Shown one piece after another: positions 1-8,241 of a stretch of DNA of 54,590 bases (position 1 is the stretch's first letter; each line of letters starts with the position of its first letter). Where the stretch lies: positions 1-54,590 of the IMG/VR virus record IMGVR_UViG_3300043443_000432. One strand, given 5' to 3'. The translations under genes and the position numbers were made by a program. The notes beneath the pieces are model-generated. The model saw only the letters and a program-made list of their open reading frames with translations. It was not told the DNA's origin and did not search any database. The DNA comes from a virus (lineage: Duplodnaviria > Caudoviricetes).

Positions 1-379
1 GCCGCGCGGATCTTCAGGGCGACGTTTTCCAGGTTTCCGGCGTGGAAGGCCACCACGGTGCAGTAGTCCGTGGCCATGCGAATCGAGCAGCAGGTCGCCC
101 AACCCTCGGCGATCACCACGGTGTCTTTCGGCTTGCCTAAAACAGTGTATGCTCCGGCAGAGGGCGTTCCTTGAAGGAATTTCTTTGTCCCGTCGGATTT
201 GATGCGCTGCAGGCCCACCAGGCTGCCCGGGCCGTGGCGCATCGGAATCAGAAGCTCATCGCCCAGCATCCGGGCGCCTTCGGGGGTGATTTGCTTGCGC
301 GGCGGGTACGGGTGACCAGACGGGTCGACGGCGCGGGCCCACATCTCTGCGGCCTTCGTTGCCGCTGCCTCCCGCTCTC
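1..379. repeat. Terminal overlap, copy 1 (matches 54212-54590)
   Basis: Direct alignment at offset 54211 gives 369/379 identity. Mismatches at 69, 102, 129, 213, 216, 222, 223, 225, 228 and 252. Confidence 0.97.
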
Positions 380-785
380 GCTGCGCCTGCTCTGCCTCCG
401 CTTTAAGGCGCTCTTCGCGCTCTGCCATGCGGCGTGCTTTTTCCTCGGGGTCAATGGGCTTGCGGTCCTGGGCGCTTGATTTGTAGCCACCCTCCTTGGC
501 CAGGGCGATCAGCGTGCCGATTGTGGCGCGGTTGGATCCGGTGCCGGGCTTGCAGGACTTCCAGACGTCACGTGCGTCTCGGGGGTTGTAGTTTGAGCCC
601 TGTTGGCTCCAGGCGTCCCAGGCGTCGAAGGCTGGCTCGCCAAACTCCTCCTTCAGGATGAAGGCCATCTTCACCCAGGTGTCGCGGTCATCGACGCCGC
701 GAACGAAGGAAAGCATTTTTTCTGCTGTCTCGAGGGAAATGGGGTCCCTCTGCCCTGTTGTTTTTGTTCGTTGCATACCTGGCAT
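1..785 (-). CDS. N-terminal part of primase/helicase (PriCT-2-like domain); continues across the junction into 54211..52408, about 862 aa in total
   Basis: Manual translation from ATG 785 gives MPGMQRTK...DDRDTWVKMAFILKEEFGEPAFDAWDAWSQQGSNYNPRDARDVWKS, a PriCT-2-like pattern. In frame with MWARAVD at 344 (=54555). Missing from the ORF track because it runs off the window edge. Confidence 0.88.
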   Translation of the reverse strand, partial: MPGMQRTKTTGQRDPISLETAEKMLSFVRGVDDRDTWVKMAFILKEEFGEPAFDAWDAWSQQGSNYNPRDARDVWKSCKPGTGSNRATIGTLIALAKEGGYKSSAQDRKPIDPEEKARRMAEREERLKAEAEQAQREREAAATKAAEMWARAVDPSGHPYPPRKQITPEGARMLGDELLIPMRHGPGSLVGLQRIKSDGTKKFLQGTPSAGAYTVLGKPKDTVVIAEGWATCCSIRMATDYCTVVAFHAGNLENVALKIRA

Positions 786-792
786 GTGAAGG

Positions 793-867
793 CTGGCGAG
801 ATGAAAGGTGGGGCAGCCCTCGCCAGGGTCAGGCCTTGTCACCAGTGGATCAGACTGGTCAAGCCCC
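793..867 (-). ncRNA. Structured leader RNA upstream of the primase
   Basis: Closing stem GGGGC/GCCCC (863-867 with 810-814), hairpin ACCAGT/ACTGGT (854-859 with 841-846) and hairpin CCCT-GGCG-AGGG (817-828). An 8-nt complement of the second hairpin lies at 793-800. Confidence 0.5.
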
Positions 868-873
868 GAGAAC

Positions 874-904
874 AGTATAAATCGAAGTGAACGGAAAAAC
901 GCAA
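874..904 (-). promoter_or_regulatory. Putative sigma70 promoter for the primase
   Basis: TATACT at 874-879, with TTGCGT 19 nt upstream (long spacer). Confidence 0.4.
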
Positions 905-931
905 CGCCCGGGTAATAATTTTTGCGGGGGT

Positions 932-1243
932 TTACCCTGCAAGAACGCGCCTAGCATCCTCCACCGAGCGCACGATTCCGGCCAAGGCGCCGCGTTTTTT
1001 CATGGCTGATATGAAGGCCGCCTGCTCGGGTCTGACGCGCCCTGTGGCCGTTTTTACCTCGAGATAAAAAGCCCGAGCGTCGGCGTCCCGATGGCCGAAC
1101 AGATCGCTGAACCCTTTGGGTAGCCCCGTCTTAACGGGCCTGCCATCGGCGGTAAAAAACAGCCCCACGTTTGCACGCGCCACGAAGTGCCCGTCCTGGG
1201 ACAGCGCGACCATGATGGAGCGCATCAGGTCTGCCTCGGTCAT
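932..1243 (-). CDS. VRR-NUC domain nuclease
   Basis: MTEADL...RANVG...GLPKGFSDLFG...FYLEVKTATGRVRPEQAAF...GALAGIVRSVEDA. ATGA overlap with the upstream gene. Confidence 0.9.
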   Translation of the reverse strand: MTEADLMRSIMVALSQDGHFVARANVGLFFTADGRPVKTGLPKGFSDLFGHRDADARAFYLEVKTATGRVRPEQAAFISAMKKRGALAGIVRSVEDARRVLAG

Positions 1244-1515
1244 TTGCGCCCGTGCTCCCACACAGCGCGCACCAGGGCCTCGAGCTCCTGGCAGGCTTGC
1301 TCGCCGCGTATGTGTACGATGCCGCGCTTTACCGTTTTTCCATTTTCCTCCCGGCCGCGCAAGTACTCGCGCCGGGCGACCTTGTCCGGGATAGACAGGA
1401 TGTGCCGGGCCTCGCACTCGGACTTCCAAGCGGGACACCAAGTGCACACCACGGTGCCGTTAATCAGCGTAGCGACCTGGTCCGTTTCCAGGCGGTTGCA
1501 GCCGGCGCAGGTCAT
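1240..1515 (-). CDS. Hypothetical Cys-containing phage protein
   Basis: 91 aa with CxxC pairs; ATGA overlaps on both sides. Confidence 0.75.
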   Translation of the reverse strand: MTCAGCNRLETDQVATLINGTVVCTWCPAWKSECEARHILSIPDKVARREYLRGREENGKTVKRGIVHIRGEQACQELEALVRAVWEHGRK

Positions 1516-2933
1516 CGCTTCTGGGCCTCCTTAGCGGCGCGGGCGCGGAGCACGTGGCGGGCCCAAAGCTCAGGTCGCTTCATGCCCCGTGCGCGGCCGA
1601 TCCGGATCAGGTCCGATTCTGTTTGCGACCGCCCCTGCTCCATCTTGCGTTGCTTGATTGCTTGCGCCTTGGCCGCTTCTGTGATCTCTTTGAGCTCCCC
1701 GTCGACCTCATCAATTTCACGCGCTATTGGCTGGAAGTGGTGCCCGCACTGGCAGTCGGTCACGATGGACGGCACGGTGGCAAAGCACACGGGGCAGGTC
1801 TTGACGGGTATCTCGGACTTCTTGGAGTTCTTGCGCTTTTCGACGGCGTCAAGGGTCCATTCACGCGGGTCGGTTGGTAGTCCGTGTCGCTTTACGTTTC
1901 CAGCATGGTCGAGCACGATCAGGTCTGGCTTTCCTGGCGATATGCGCATACCTCGGCCAACGGACTGCAGGAACTTCACCACGGACTGCGTAGGGGTGAG
2001 CAAAATCACGCAGGCGATCGATGGCGCGTCAACGCCGGCCACCCAAAGCGCGCAGTTGCAGACCACATCCAGGCTGCCATCGCGCAGGCCTTGGAGCGCT
2101 GCATCGCGCTCGATTGCGTCTGAGTCGCCGCTAATAGCCACCGCGCGGTAGCCGGCTTGGCTGAATTGCTTTGCCACGTTGTTCGCGTGCTCTACGGTCA
2201 CGCAAAACGCCACGGCCGGTCGACCGTTGGCCAGCTTGCGGTAGTGCTCCACGGCGCTGCCGGTGATGACGGGCTTGTCCATCGCGGCCGCCAGCTCGCC
2301 CTGGTTGAAGTCCCCCGCGGTGGTGTGCACACCTGAGAGGTCCGGCTCGCTGGGCGCGTAATACCGGATGGGAGCGAGCAGACCTTCATCGATCAGGTCC
2401 TGCGTGCTGCAGGTTGGTACCAGGATGTCAGCGACCTCACCCATGCCTCGGCCATCGAGCCTTGTCGGCGTGGCTGTGAGGTGCAGCAGGTGCGCGCCAC
2501 CGGGGCGCTTAAATTTCGGGCCCGCGCCAGCCCACTCAAAGATCTGTTGATATGTGTTGGCCACCGCCAGGTGCGCCTCGTCCACGATGATGAGGTCCGG
2601 CGGCTGGTACCGGTCCAGGCGGCGCACCAGCGTTTGCACCATGGCCACCTGAACGGGTAGGCGGTGGTTTCCATCGCGGCCAGCGGCGATCCAGCCGTGC
2701 GCGATGTTCTCGTTGTCGAGCTTCTGGCTCGTGGCGATCAGAATTTCCTTCAGGTGCGCGATGAACCACACGCGTTTATTTTTTGCCAGGGCGCGGCGAA
2801 TCAGCGTGGCGCTGGTGTGAGTTTTGCCGAATCCGGTACTGGCTACGAGCACCGGTGCGCGGTAGCCGCGGCGGTACGCTTCTGTCAGGTCCTCGATGGC
2901 CTTCTGCTGGCGGGGGCGGAGGCTGCCATGCAT
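1512..2933 (-). CDS. SF2 DExH helicase (YejH/RadD-like) with C-terminal Zn finger
   Basis: ASTGFGKT, IIVDEAH, LTATP, QSVGRGMR, LDHAGN and CPVC...CQCGH motifs. ATG 2933 overlaps the upstream TAA (TAATG). Confidence 0.93.
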   Translation of the reverse strand: MHGSLRPRQQKAIEDLTEAYRRGYRAPVLVASTGFGKTHTSATLIRRALAKNKRVWFIAHLKEILIATSQKLDNENIAHGWIAAGRDGNHRLPVQVAMVQTLVRRLDRYQPPDLIIVDEAHLAVANTYQQIFEWAGAGPKFKRPGGAHLLHLTATPTRLDGRGMGEVADILVPTCSTQDLIDEGLLAPIRYYAPSEPDLSGVHTTAGDFNQGELAAAMDKPVITGSAVEHYRKLANGRPAVAFCVTVEHANNVAKQFSQAGYRAVAISGDSDAIERDAALQGLRDGSLDVVCNCALWVAGVDAPSIACVILLTPTQSVVKFLQSVGRGMRISPGKPDLIVLDHAGNVKRHGLPTDPREWTLDAVEKRKNSKKSEIPVKTCPVCFATVPSIVTDCQCGHHFQPIAREIDEVDGELKEITEAAKAQAIKQRKMEQGRSQTESDLIRIGRARGMKRPELWARHVLRARAAKEAQKR

Positions 2934-3112
2934 TAACGACCCCAAAACATCTGAAATGGAAAATCGCGTTCCGTGTAATCACGCTTTTCAAGACTTGGCG
3001 CATACTCCCATGCGTAAAAGTCACCCATCGACAAACCCTTCTCTGATGGCAAATAAAGCACACGACGATAGCCAATGAAATTCATCAGGTGCCAATAAAT
3101 CCATTCAATCAT
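2933..3112 (-). CDS. Small hypothetical protein, 59 aa (MIEWIYWHLMNFIGYRRV...)
   Basis: Manual translation. Fills the gap exactly and overlaps both neighbours. Confidence 0.6.
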   Translation of the reverse strand: MIEWIYWHLMNFIGYRRVLYLPSEKGLSMGDFYAWEYAPSLEKRDYTERDFPFQMFWGR

Positions 3113-3263
3113 CCTCGTCCTCCTGGTGCTCCTGAATCAACTGCGCCTTAACCAAATCGAGGCAGCCAAGCGCGGTCGGAAGCAGCATGGTCTCGTCGTA
3201 TTTATGGACAACGGCGAGCAGCTCGTTGACCAGGGCTTGGGTGATGGAGCCGTGGTAGTTCAT
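3105..3263 (-). CDS. Small hypothetical protein (MNYHGSITQ...)
   Basis: AGGAG RBS and ATGA overlap. Confidence 0.7.
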   Translation of the reverse strand: MNYHGSITQALVNELLAVVHKYDETMLLPTALGCLDLVKAQLIQEHQEDEDD

Positions 3264-3586
3264 GGTTGACTCCTGGCGCGGATGGCGTTGGCTAGATATT
3301 CGGCTGCGTATGTTTTCATTTCGTCGCCGTGTGTTTTCCAATCATTTCTAATGTCATCGCACACCTTCGCACACGCCTCACGCTCTGCGAATCTCCCCGC
3401 TTCAAAGCCTTCCTGATAAGACGTGAAGCTGGATGGGGTGTTGTTGGCGAGCGTATGCACGGCGACAAGGGCTGCAAAGCGTTCGATGGCTTTGTCGGAG
3501 GCAACCATGCAATCGTATAAGTCTGGGTTGTGGTGGCTGTTGAATCCAGCCTCCCGCGCCATGCGGGTGATTTCATCTCGGTTCAT
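3260..3586 (-). CDS. Hypothetical phage protein (MNRDEITRMAREAGF...EREACAKVC...AIRARS type)
   Basis: Motifs common in small proteobacterial phage proteins; ATGA overlaps. Confidence 0.8.
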   Translation of the reverse strand: MNRDEITRMAREAGFNSHHNPDLYDCMVASDKAIERFAALVAVHTLANNTPSSFTSYQEGFEAGRFAEREACAKVCDDIRNDWKTHGDEMKTYAAEYLANAIRARSQP

Positions 3587-3837
3587 GCCGCCCTCCGCAA
3601 AATTTTCTCGCGGCACTCAAGTGCTCCGCCGTTTTTAAGCCAAATGTCGTTGCAGATTTCTACGCACGTTCTGCGTTCTTCAAGCGCGGCGAGGTCGGCG
3701 ATTGTTTTTTCGTTTTGCGTGTATTTGTCGCGTTGCGCACATGCAATGATCAGTGCAAATGCAATTTCGCGTGCGCCGAATGTGCCCGGGTAGAACTCTT
3801 CGGCAATTTCTTTTATTTCATCTCGTGTCAGTCTCAT
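3583..3837 (-). CDS. Hypothetical phage protein
   Basis: 84 aa, GAGG RBS, coupled to neighbours. Confidence 0.7.
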   Translation of the reverse strand: MRLTRDEIKEIAEEFYPGTFGAREIAFALIIACAQRDKYTQNEKTIADLAALEERRTCVEICNDIWLKNGGALECREKILRRAA

Positions 3838-4053
3838 TCAGACCTCCGCTTTGTGTTTGCACCCCACACACTTTTGATCTGCCTGCCCGAGCGCGGTGTG
3901 GGTGTACTGGCACTGGGGCGACATGCGAAACGGGCTTGAAGTCATTTTGGCCATGCGGGTGTGGCCGTCGAGCCACCAGCCGTCTTGCACAGGGATCAGT
4001 TTGCGATACTCTGGGCGATTAAAGCAACCATAATTTGCAGATTTATTTTTCAT
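3838..4053 (-). CDS. Hypothetical Cys-rich protein
   Basis: 71 aa, coupled ORF. Confidence 0.7.
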   Translation of the reverse strand: MKNKSANYGCFNRPEYRKLIPVQDGWWLDGHTRMAKMTSSPFRMSPQCQYTHTALGQADQKCVGCKHKAEV

Positions 4054-4253
4054 GCGATTCTGGTTTGCTTGGATCGGTACAGAAAACAGGTCGGTCCGGG
4101 CACGCGCTCGAGGAGGCCAACGCGAATCAGGCGCCCCAAGGAGCCGTTGATGCGCCGCCGCCCCAGCCTGGCGGAGATGTCCCGCGGCAGCTCGTATTTC
4201 GTGGCCGAAATCACGGCCAAAACCAGGCGATCGCTAACGGGCTCGAGCCTCAT
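4050..4253 (-). CDS. Small putative winged-helix DNA-binding protein
   Basis: MRLEPVSDRL...LPRDISARLG...SLGRLIRVGLLERVPG; GGAG RBS. Confidence 0.55.
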   Translation of the reverse strand: MRLEPVSDRLVLAVISATKYELPRDISARLGRRRINGSLGRLIRVGLLERVPGPTCFLYRSKQTRIA

Positions 4254-4257
4254 GCGG

Positions 4258-4516
4258 TCAGCTCTCCGCCACGCGCAAGATGAGGTCCTCGGCGGTAAGC
4301 GGCAGCCCTCGCGCCTGCGCCATGGCCAGGATACGGCCTTGCAGCGCGGACGGTACGGCGCCGTTGCTGCCGCCCTCGTTTTTTGGCTTGCGCCAGCGCA
4401 CCACGGAGCTCGGGTTTCGCTCCAGGGCGCGGGCGAGCGCACGGACCCCGCCAAAGGCGTTTATGGCCTTGTCAGCGGGCGTTTCGGGGCTGTTTTTTAG
4501 GGTTTCTACGGTCATG
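4258..4516 (-). CDS. Cro-like HTH transcriptional regulator
   Basis: AINAFGGVRALARALERNPSSVVRWR is a Cro-type HTH; first gene of the leftward arm. Confidence 0.8.
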
Positions 4517-4641
4517 GCGGGTAAGTGTAGCGTAAAAAGCAACACTCGCCTAAAAATATCTTAAAAATATCCACTAAAACCCCTTGAAGCCCACGATTAG
4601 CTGTGGCAAGATGCAAATACCGCAACACCTAAGGGGTCAAA
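4517..4641. promoter_or_regulatory. Divergent AT-rich control region
   Basis: Strand switch point. TTGAAG-N17-CAAGAT on + from 4584, a TACACT -10-like element on -, and GCAACAC twice. Confidence 0.55.
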
Positions 4642-4890
4642 ATGCAGATCGAAACACGCATCTCAGGCATACCGTGCATGGTTGAGGTGACGCACTATTT
4701 CCGCCAGGAGCCGCACCGCGGCAGCGCCCACACCTGCGACAGCGACTGGGATTTTTACGGGTATACGGACTGCGATTTTGTGGTCCTCGACCGCCGCGGC
4801 CGCCCTGCAGCCTGGCTGGAAAAAAAGCTCACTGACACGGACCGCCAGCGCATCGAGCGCGAGATTCAGAATTACAAGGAGCCGCTATGA
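4642..4890 (+). CDS. Hypothetical phage protein
   Basis: 82 aa, AAGGGG RBS. Confidence 0.8.
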   Translation: MQIETRISGIPCMVEVTHYFRQEPHRGSAHTCDSDWDFYGYTDCDFVVLDRRGRPAAWLEKKLTDTDRQRIEREIQNYKEPL

Positions 4891-5141
4891 AAACCAAACT
4901 GCTGAAAACCGCCCGACGCCTTTGGTGCACGGGACACGCTGACCGAGAGACGCAACGATCGAATGTGCGCAAGTGGGTGCGATCGATTCGTTTCCTGGGC
5001 GACAAGTGGGTGGCAGCCGCGCAGCAAACGCGCCTTGAGACGCCAATGCCAGACGGCCAGATCAGCAGCCTGGTGCTGCCGTTTGCTTTGCGCACGCCAC
5101 GCAGCCTGGACGAGGCCTACGCAGCACGGAGGCAGGCATGA
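4887..5141 (+). CDS. Hypothetical phage protein
   Basis: AGGAG RBS and ATGA overlap. Confidence 0.75.
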   Translation: MKTKLLKTARRLWCTGHADRETQRSNVRKWVRSIRFLGDKWVAAAQQTRLETPMPDGQISSLVLPFALRTPRSLDEAYAARRQA

Positions 5142-5347
5142 GCAATAACACAGGTGGACCAGCGTTTCCTATCGAAATCAATAGCGAGATGACTTGTTTA
5201 GGCATGACCCTGCGAGACTACTTTGCGGCTAAGGCTATGTTGGCGATGCTTGCACACCCCAATAGCAGTGACACAGCGGGGCCGGAAAGTTTCGCTACTG
5301 CGGCCTACACGATGGCAGACGCAATGCTGAAAGCGAGGCAGGCATGA
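5138..5347 (+). CDS. GGPAFP/GMTLRDYFA family phage protein, paralog 1
   Basis: GGPAFP...GMTLRDYFAAKAM...AYTMADAMLKAR. Confidence 0.85.
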   Translation: MSNNTGGPAFPIEINSEMTCLGMTLRDYFAAKAMLAMLAHPNSSDTAGPESFATAAYTMADAMLKARQA

Positions 5348-5718
5348 CCACCGAGGTTCGCCAGCAGTACACCTGCAGCCGCTGCAACGGTACGGGGCGG
5401 TACAGCTTTAACCTGATGCATGGCACCAGGTGCTACGGCTGCAACGGCACGGGCAAGCAAAAAACGAAACCCAAGGCGCCGATGCCGAAGTGGGCGGTGT
5501 TTGGCCAGCATCGCGACACGGGTGCGTGGATGCGGCTGTACAACGTGGTGGCGAAAACGAAGGACGGCGCTATTGAGCAGGCTCACCGTGTGTACTCGCA
5601 GGCCAGCACCAGCTGGAAGGACACATACACACTCAGCGGCGCCAGGGCGTTAAAGTGGACCGACATGGCCAGCTTGGATGCGCTGAGCTGGGATGACGCA
5701 ACGAAGGAGAAGGTATGA
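5344..5718 (+). CDS. Zn-finger protein (CxxCxGxG twice)
   Basis: CSRCNGTG and CYGCNGTG. Confidence 0.8.
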   Translation: MTTEVRQQYTCSRCNGTGRYSFNLMHGTRCYGCNGTGKQKTKPKAPMPKWAVFGQHRDTGAWMRLYNVVAKTKDGAIEQAHRVYSQASTSWKDTYTLSGARALKWTDMASLDALSWDDATKEKV

Positions 5719-6014
5719 GCGACCAATGGAGCACCGCATTGAACGCCGATGATTTGCGAAAAATTCAAATGGACTATGAAAATCTGCAACGCAGTGTGAA
5801 TGCGTTGATGATAGCCAGCATAGCCGTCACGGAAGAAAACAACATCGCGGTGACGGAAGCTATCAGACACGTTCGCGGAAAAGGTGAGCGCTTGGCTAGA
5901 GAAATCGTGGCGCAAAGAAAAGCTGAAGTGCTGCAAGCCGAATTGCAAATGTTGTGTGAGGACTACCCTGGCGTGGCAAAAATGATCAAGGAGACTGAAT
6001 CATGGAAGTTTTGA
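5715..6014 (+). CDS. Hypothetical protein
   Basis: 99 aa, coupled ORF. Confidence 0.7.
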   Translation: MSDQWSTALNADDLRKIQMDYENLQRSVNALMIASIAVTEENNIAVTEAIRHVRGKGERLAREIVAQRKAEVLQAELQMLCEDYPGVAKMIKETESWKF

Positions 6015-6295
6015 ACGGTGGACCAGCGTTTCCACAAGTCGATCTCAAAGACCACTACGGAATGCTTGTGCCTGATCGACAGGCGGGCATGACCCTGCGC
6101 GACTACTTTGCGGTTAATGCAAATATCGGAGACGTCGACGAATTGACGCAACAACAAGGAAACGCAATTCTTGGGCGCAGATGTCCAAGCTATACGGATG
6201 ATTTGATTGGTTGCATGGCATGGTGGGCGGATTACCGCGCCGTCCTCCGCTACATTGAAGCTGACGCAATGCTTCGCGCTCGGGAGCAAAAATGA
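6002..6295 (+). CDS. GGPAFP/GMTLRDYFA family phage protein, paralog 2
   Basis: GGPAFP...GMTLRDYFA...ADAMLRAR; AAGGAG RBS. Confidence 0.85.
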   Translation: MEVLNGGPAFPQVDLKDHYGMLVPDRQAGMTLRDYFAVNANIGDVDELTQQQGNAILGRRCPSYTDDLIGCMAWWADYRAVLRYIEADAMLRAREQK

Positions 6296-6402
6296 CTAAA
6301 CCCGACCCGTACTGGCCTTTCCGTACTACTCCTGCGAAGCCGTACCAGGAGCCCAAGAATTTCAAACCGTATCCGTCTGATGCTGAGGAGGCGCCGATAT
6401 GA
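6292..6402 (+). CDS. 36-aa Pro-rich peptide (MTKPDPYWPF...)
   Basis: Manual translation; ATGA overlaps at both ends. Confidence 0.6.
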   Translation: MTKPDPYWPFRTTPAKPYQEPKNFKPYPSDAEEAPI

Positions 6403-6587
6403 AACCGACTAGCAGGCTGAGGTATGTGGAGCGGACTCAGGTTATGTATTCGCAATCAGACGGAAGCACTATCGGCAAAAAAATTATTCTTCTTCAGCAA
6501 TGGTGGGAAGATAAACCAGGCGATTACGAAGATGGCGTCACGGCATTTGGCGAATGGCGCAACGTACCTTTGGAGGCTGAGGAATGA
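6399..6587 (+). CDS. Hypothetical phage protein
   Basis: LRYVER...LQQWW...GEWRNVP; coupled. Confidence 0.75.
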   Translation: MKPTSRLRYVERTQVMYSQSDGSTIGKKIILLQQWWEDKPGDYEDGVTAFGEWRNVPLEAEE

Positions 6588-6817
6588 GCTCCAAATGGGT
6601 AGTCCACACCAAGGGCGGGTACACAACGGACGGCTTTGAGATCTGCGTGATCCGCGACAACAACAAGCACGGCAAGGAGTCCTACGGCTGGTTTGACAAA
6701 AACAAGATCATGGTCAGTGCAAGCGGTGGCCCGTGCAACAACAAAATTATCTGGGACGGCCTGGTTGAGCTGGCGCACAAAGTGGCAGACATACTGAACG
6801 AAGAGGAGCAATCATGA
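6584..6817 (+). CDS. Hypothetical protein
   Basis: Coupled ORF. Confidence 0.7.
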   Translation: MSSKWVVHTKGGYTTDGFEICVIRDNNKHGKESYGWFDKNKIMVSASGGPCNNKIIWDGLVELAHKVADILNEEEQS

Positions 6818-6948
6818 TTTACTTTGAAAAGAGTCAGCCGCACTTTTTTTTATGGCCAGCGCTTGCGTTTGGTCGTGATGAAATTTACGGCTTGTGGGTA
6901 GGCATCGGATGGCTAAACGTAGAAATTGGATGGAGAGAGAAAAAATGA
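6814..6948 (+). CDS. 44-aa Trp-rich peptide (MIYFEKSQPHFFLWP...)
   Basis: Manual translation; ATGA overlaps at both ends. Confidence 0.6.
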   Translation: MIYFEKSQPHFFLWPALAFGRDEIYGLWVGIGWLNVEIGWREKK

Positions 6949-7268
6949 AATACACCGCATTAATTCTGGCCATCTGCTGCACAGCTGCTCAGGCCGAGTT
7001 TCAAGACGGCAACAAGTTGCTAGGCAACCTGAAGGATTCAGCGTATTTTTCCCAAGGGTATGCCATGGGATACATCGCAGGAATTGCCGACATGGGCCTG
7101 GGTGTTGTGCACTGTGCGCCAGCCAACGTAACGGCGGGGCAGCTAAACGATATGGTGAAAAACTACCTGGAGAACACACCGGCCGAGCGGCACTTGTCTG
7201 GAGACATTTTGGTTAACCGAGTCTTAAAGACCGTGTGGCCGTGTGCAAAGAGGGGGAGTGCGCTGTGA
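6945..7268 (+). CDS. Rap1a/Tai-like immunity protein with signal peptide
   Basis: Signal peptide MKYTALILAICCTAAQA, then F.DGN.L...GYIAGIAD...HCAPANVTAGQ...VKNYLENTPAERH...VWPC, which fits the Rap1a pattern. Confidence 0.75.
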   Translation: MKYTALILAICCTAAQAEFQDGNKLLGNLKDSAYFSQGYAMGYIAGIADMGLGVVHCAPANVTAGQLNDMVKNYLENTPAERHLSGDILVNRVLKTVWPCAKRGSAL

Positions 7269-7846
7269 GCGCGTTGATTAAGGCCGCACGGCAGGCGCTG
7301 GAGGCGTTGGAATGGAACCTGCCTGTAATTGAAGATTACGGCGACAAAGAACAGTTAAACAGGCAACACAGAGCCATCACATCCCTACGCCAAGCAATAG
7401 AGCAGGCTGAGAAGCAGGAGCCGGTTGTAGCCGGTTCGCTGTCTGTGCGGTATTACCGAGGCAGCAAAGCCATGACCAACACCGATTTTGATTATTTCGG
7501 TGATTTACCAGAGGGCGACTACACCCTCTACACCACCCCACAACCTCAGCAGGCTGAGAAGCAGGAGCCGGTGGCGTGGGTTGCTGATGGCATTCTGATG
7601 AAGATTGGAATCCCCGAGAAATATACCGGATATCTCTACACCACCCCACCACCTTTAACCGGAGGTGATGACCGCCGTCACATCATCTGCCTGTGCCCTG
7701 ATTGCGTTGCCCCACAACCGCAGCGTGAATGGGTTGGGCTGACTCAGGAAGACATCGACATTGCCTTTGATGACACGCAAGAGGGCGGTGGGTTTAATGA
7801 GTTTGCCAGGGCGATTGAGCAGACATTGAGGAGAAAGAACACATGA
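7265..7846 (+). CDS. Modular phage protein (AEKQEPVA / LYTTP / PQREWVGLT blocks)
   Basis: GTGA overlap and internal repeats. Confidence 0.8.
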   Translation: MSALIKAARQALEALEWNLPVIEDYGDKEQLNRQHRAITSLRQAIEQAEKQEPVVAGSLSVRYYRGSKAMTNTDFDYFGDLPEGDYTLYTTPQPQQAEKQEPVAWVADGILMKIGIPEKYTGYLYTTPPPLTGGDDRRHIICLCPDCVAPQPQREWVGLTQEDIDIAFDDTQEGGGFNEFARAIEQTLRRKNT

Positions 7847-8108
7847 GCATAGAAGCAATGAAAGAAGCTCTTGATACTTTGGAAAAAGCCTATGTACTTC
7901 AAGAAATTGATGACATTATTCCAAAAGACGCTCCAATTAAGCAAACGGTTAATCGTTTACGCCAAGCCATAGAGCAGGCTGAGAAGCAGGAGCCGGTGGC
8001 AGATGTAACTGAAAACGGCATTTACAGAACACTTGCCGGAATAAATTTGCCAATCGGAACCAAACTCTACACCGCCCCACAACCACAGCGTGAATGGGTT
8101 GGGCTGAC
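7386..8108 (+). repeat. Dispersed coding repeats shared by two adjacent genes
   Basis: 7386-7425 vs 7958-7997 (39/40), with a 25-nt core copy at 7548-7572; 7709-7743 vs 8074-8108 (one mismatch). Confidence 0.9.
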
Positions 8109-8241
8109 GGAGGATGAAAGGGACGACATTTGGAATCGGTACTGCGACGAAATGGGTGAGGCATCGATCAACGATGCGCCCGACATTGTCCAAGCCATTG
8201 AGCAAGCCTTGAAGGAGAAGAACCATGAAAAAAATACCTGA
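7843..8241 (+). CDS. Modular phage protein, paralog of 7265..7846
   Basis: Same AEKQEPVA and PQREWVGLT blocks. Confidence 0.8.
   Translation: MSIEAMKEALDTLEKAYVLQEIDDIIPKDAPIKQTVNRLRQAIEQAEKQEPVADVTENGIYRTLAGINLPIGTKLYTAPQPQREWVGLTEDERDDIWNRYCDEMGEASINDAPDIVQAIEQALKEKNHEKNT

Noticed and set aside
1-379. True direct terminal repeat
   Set aside because: It interrupts the primase ORF and the copies differ at 10 sites; better explained as a circular assembly overlap.
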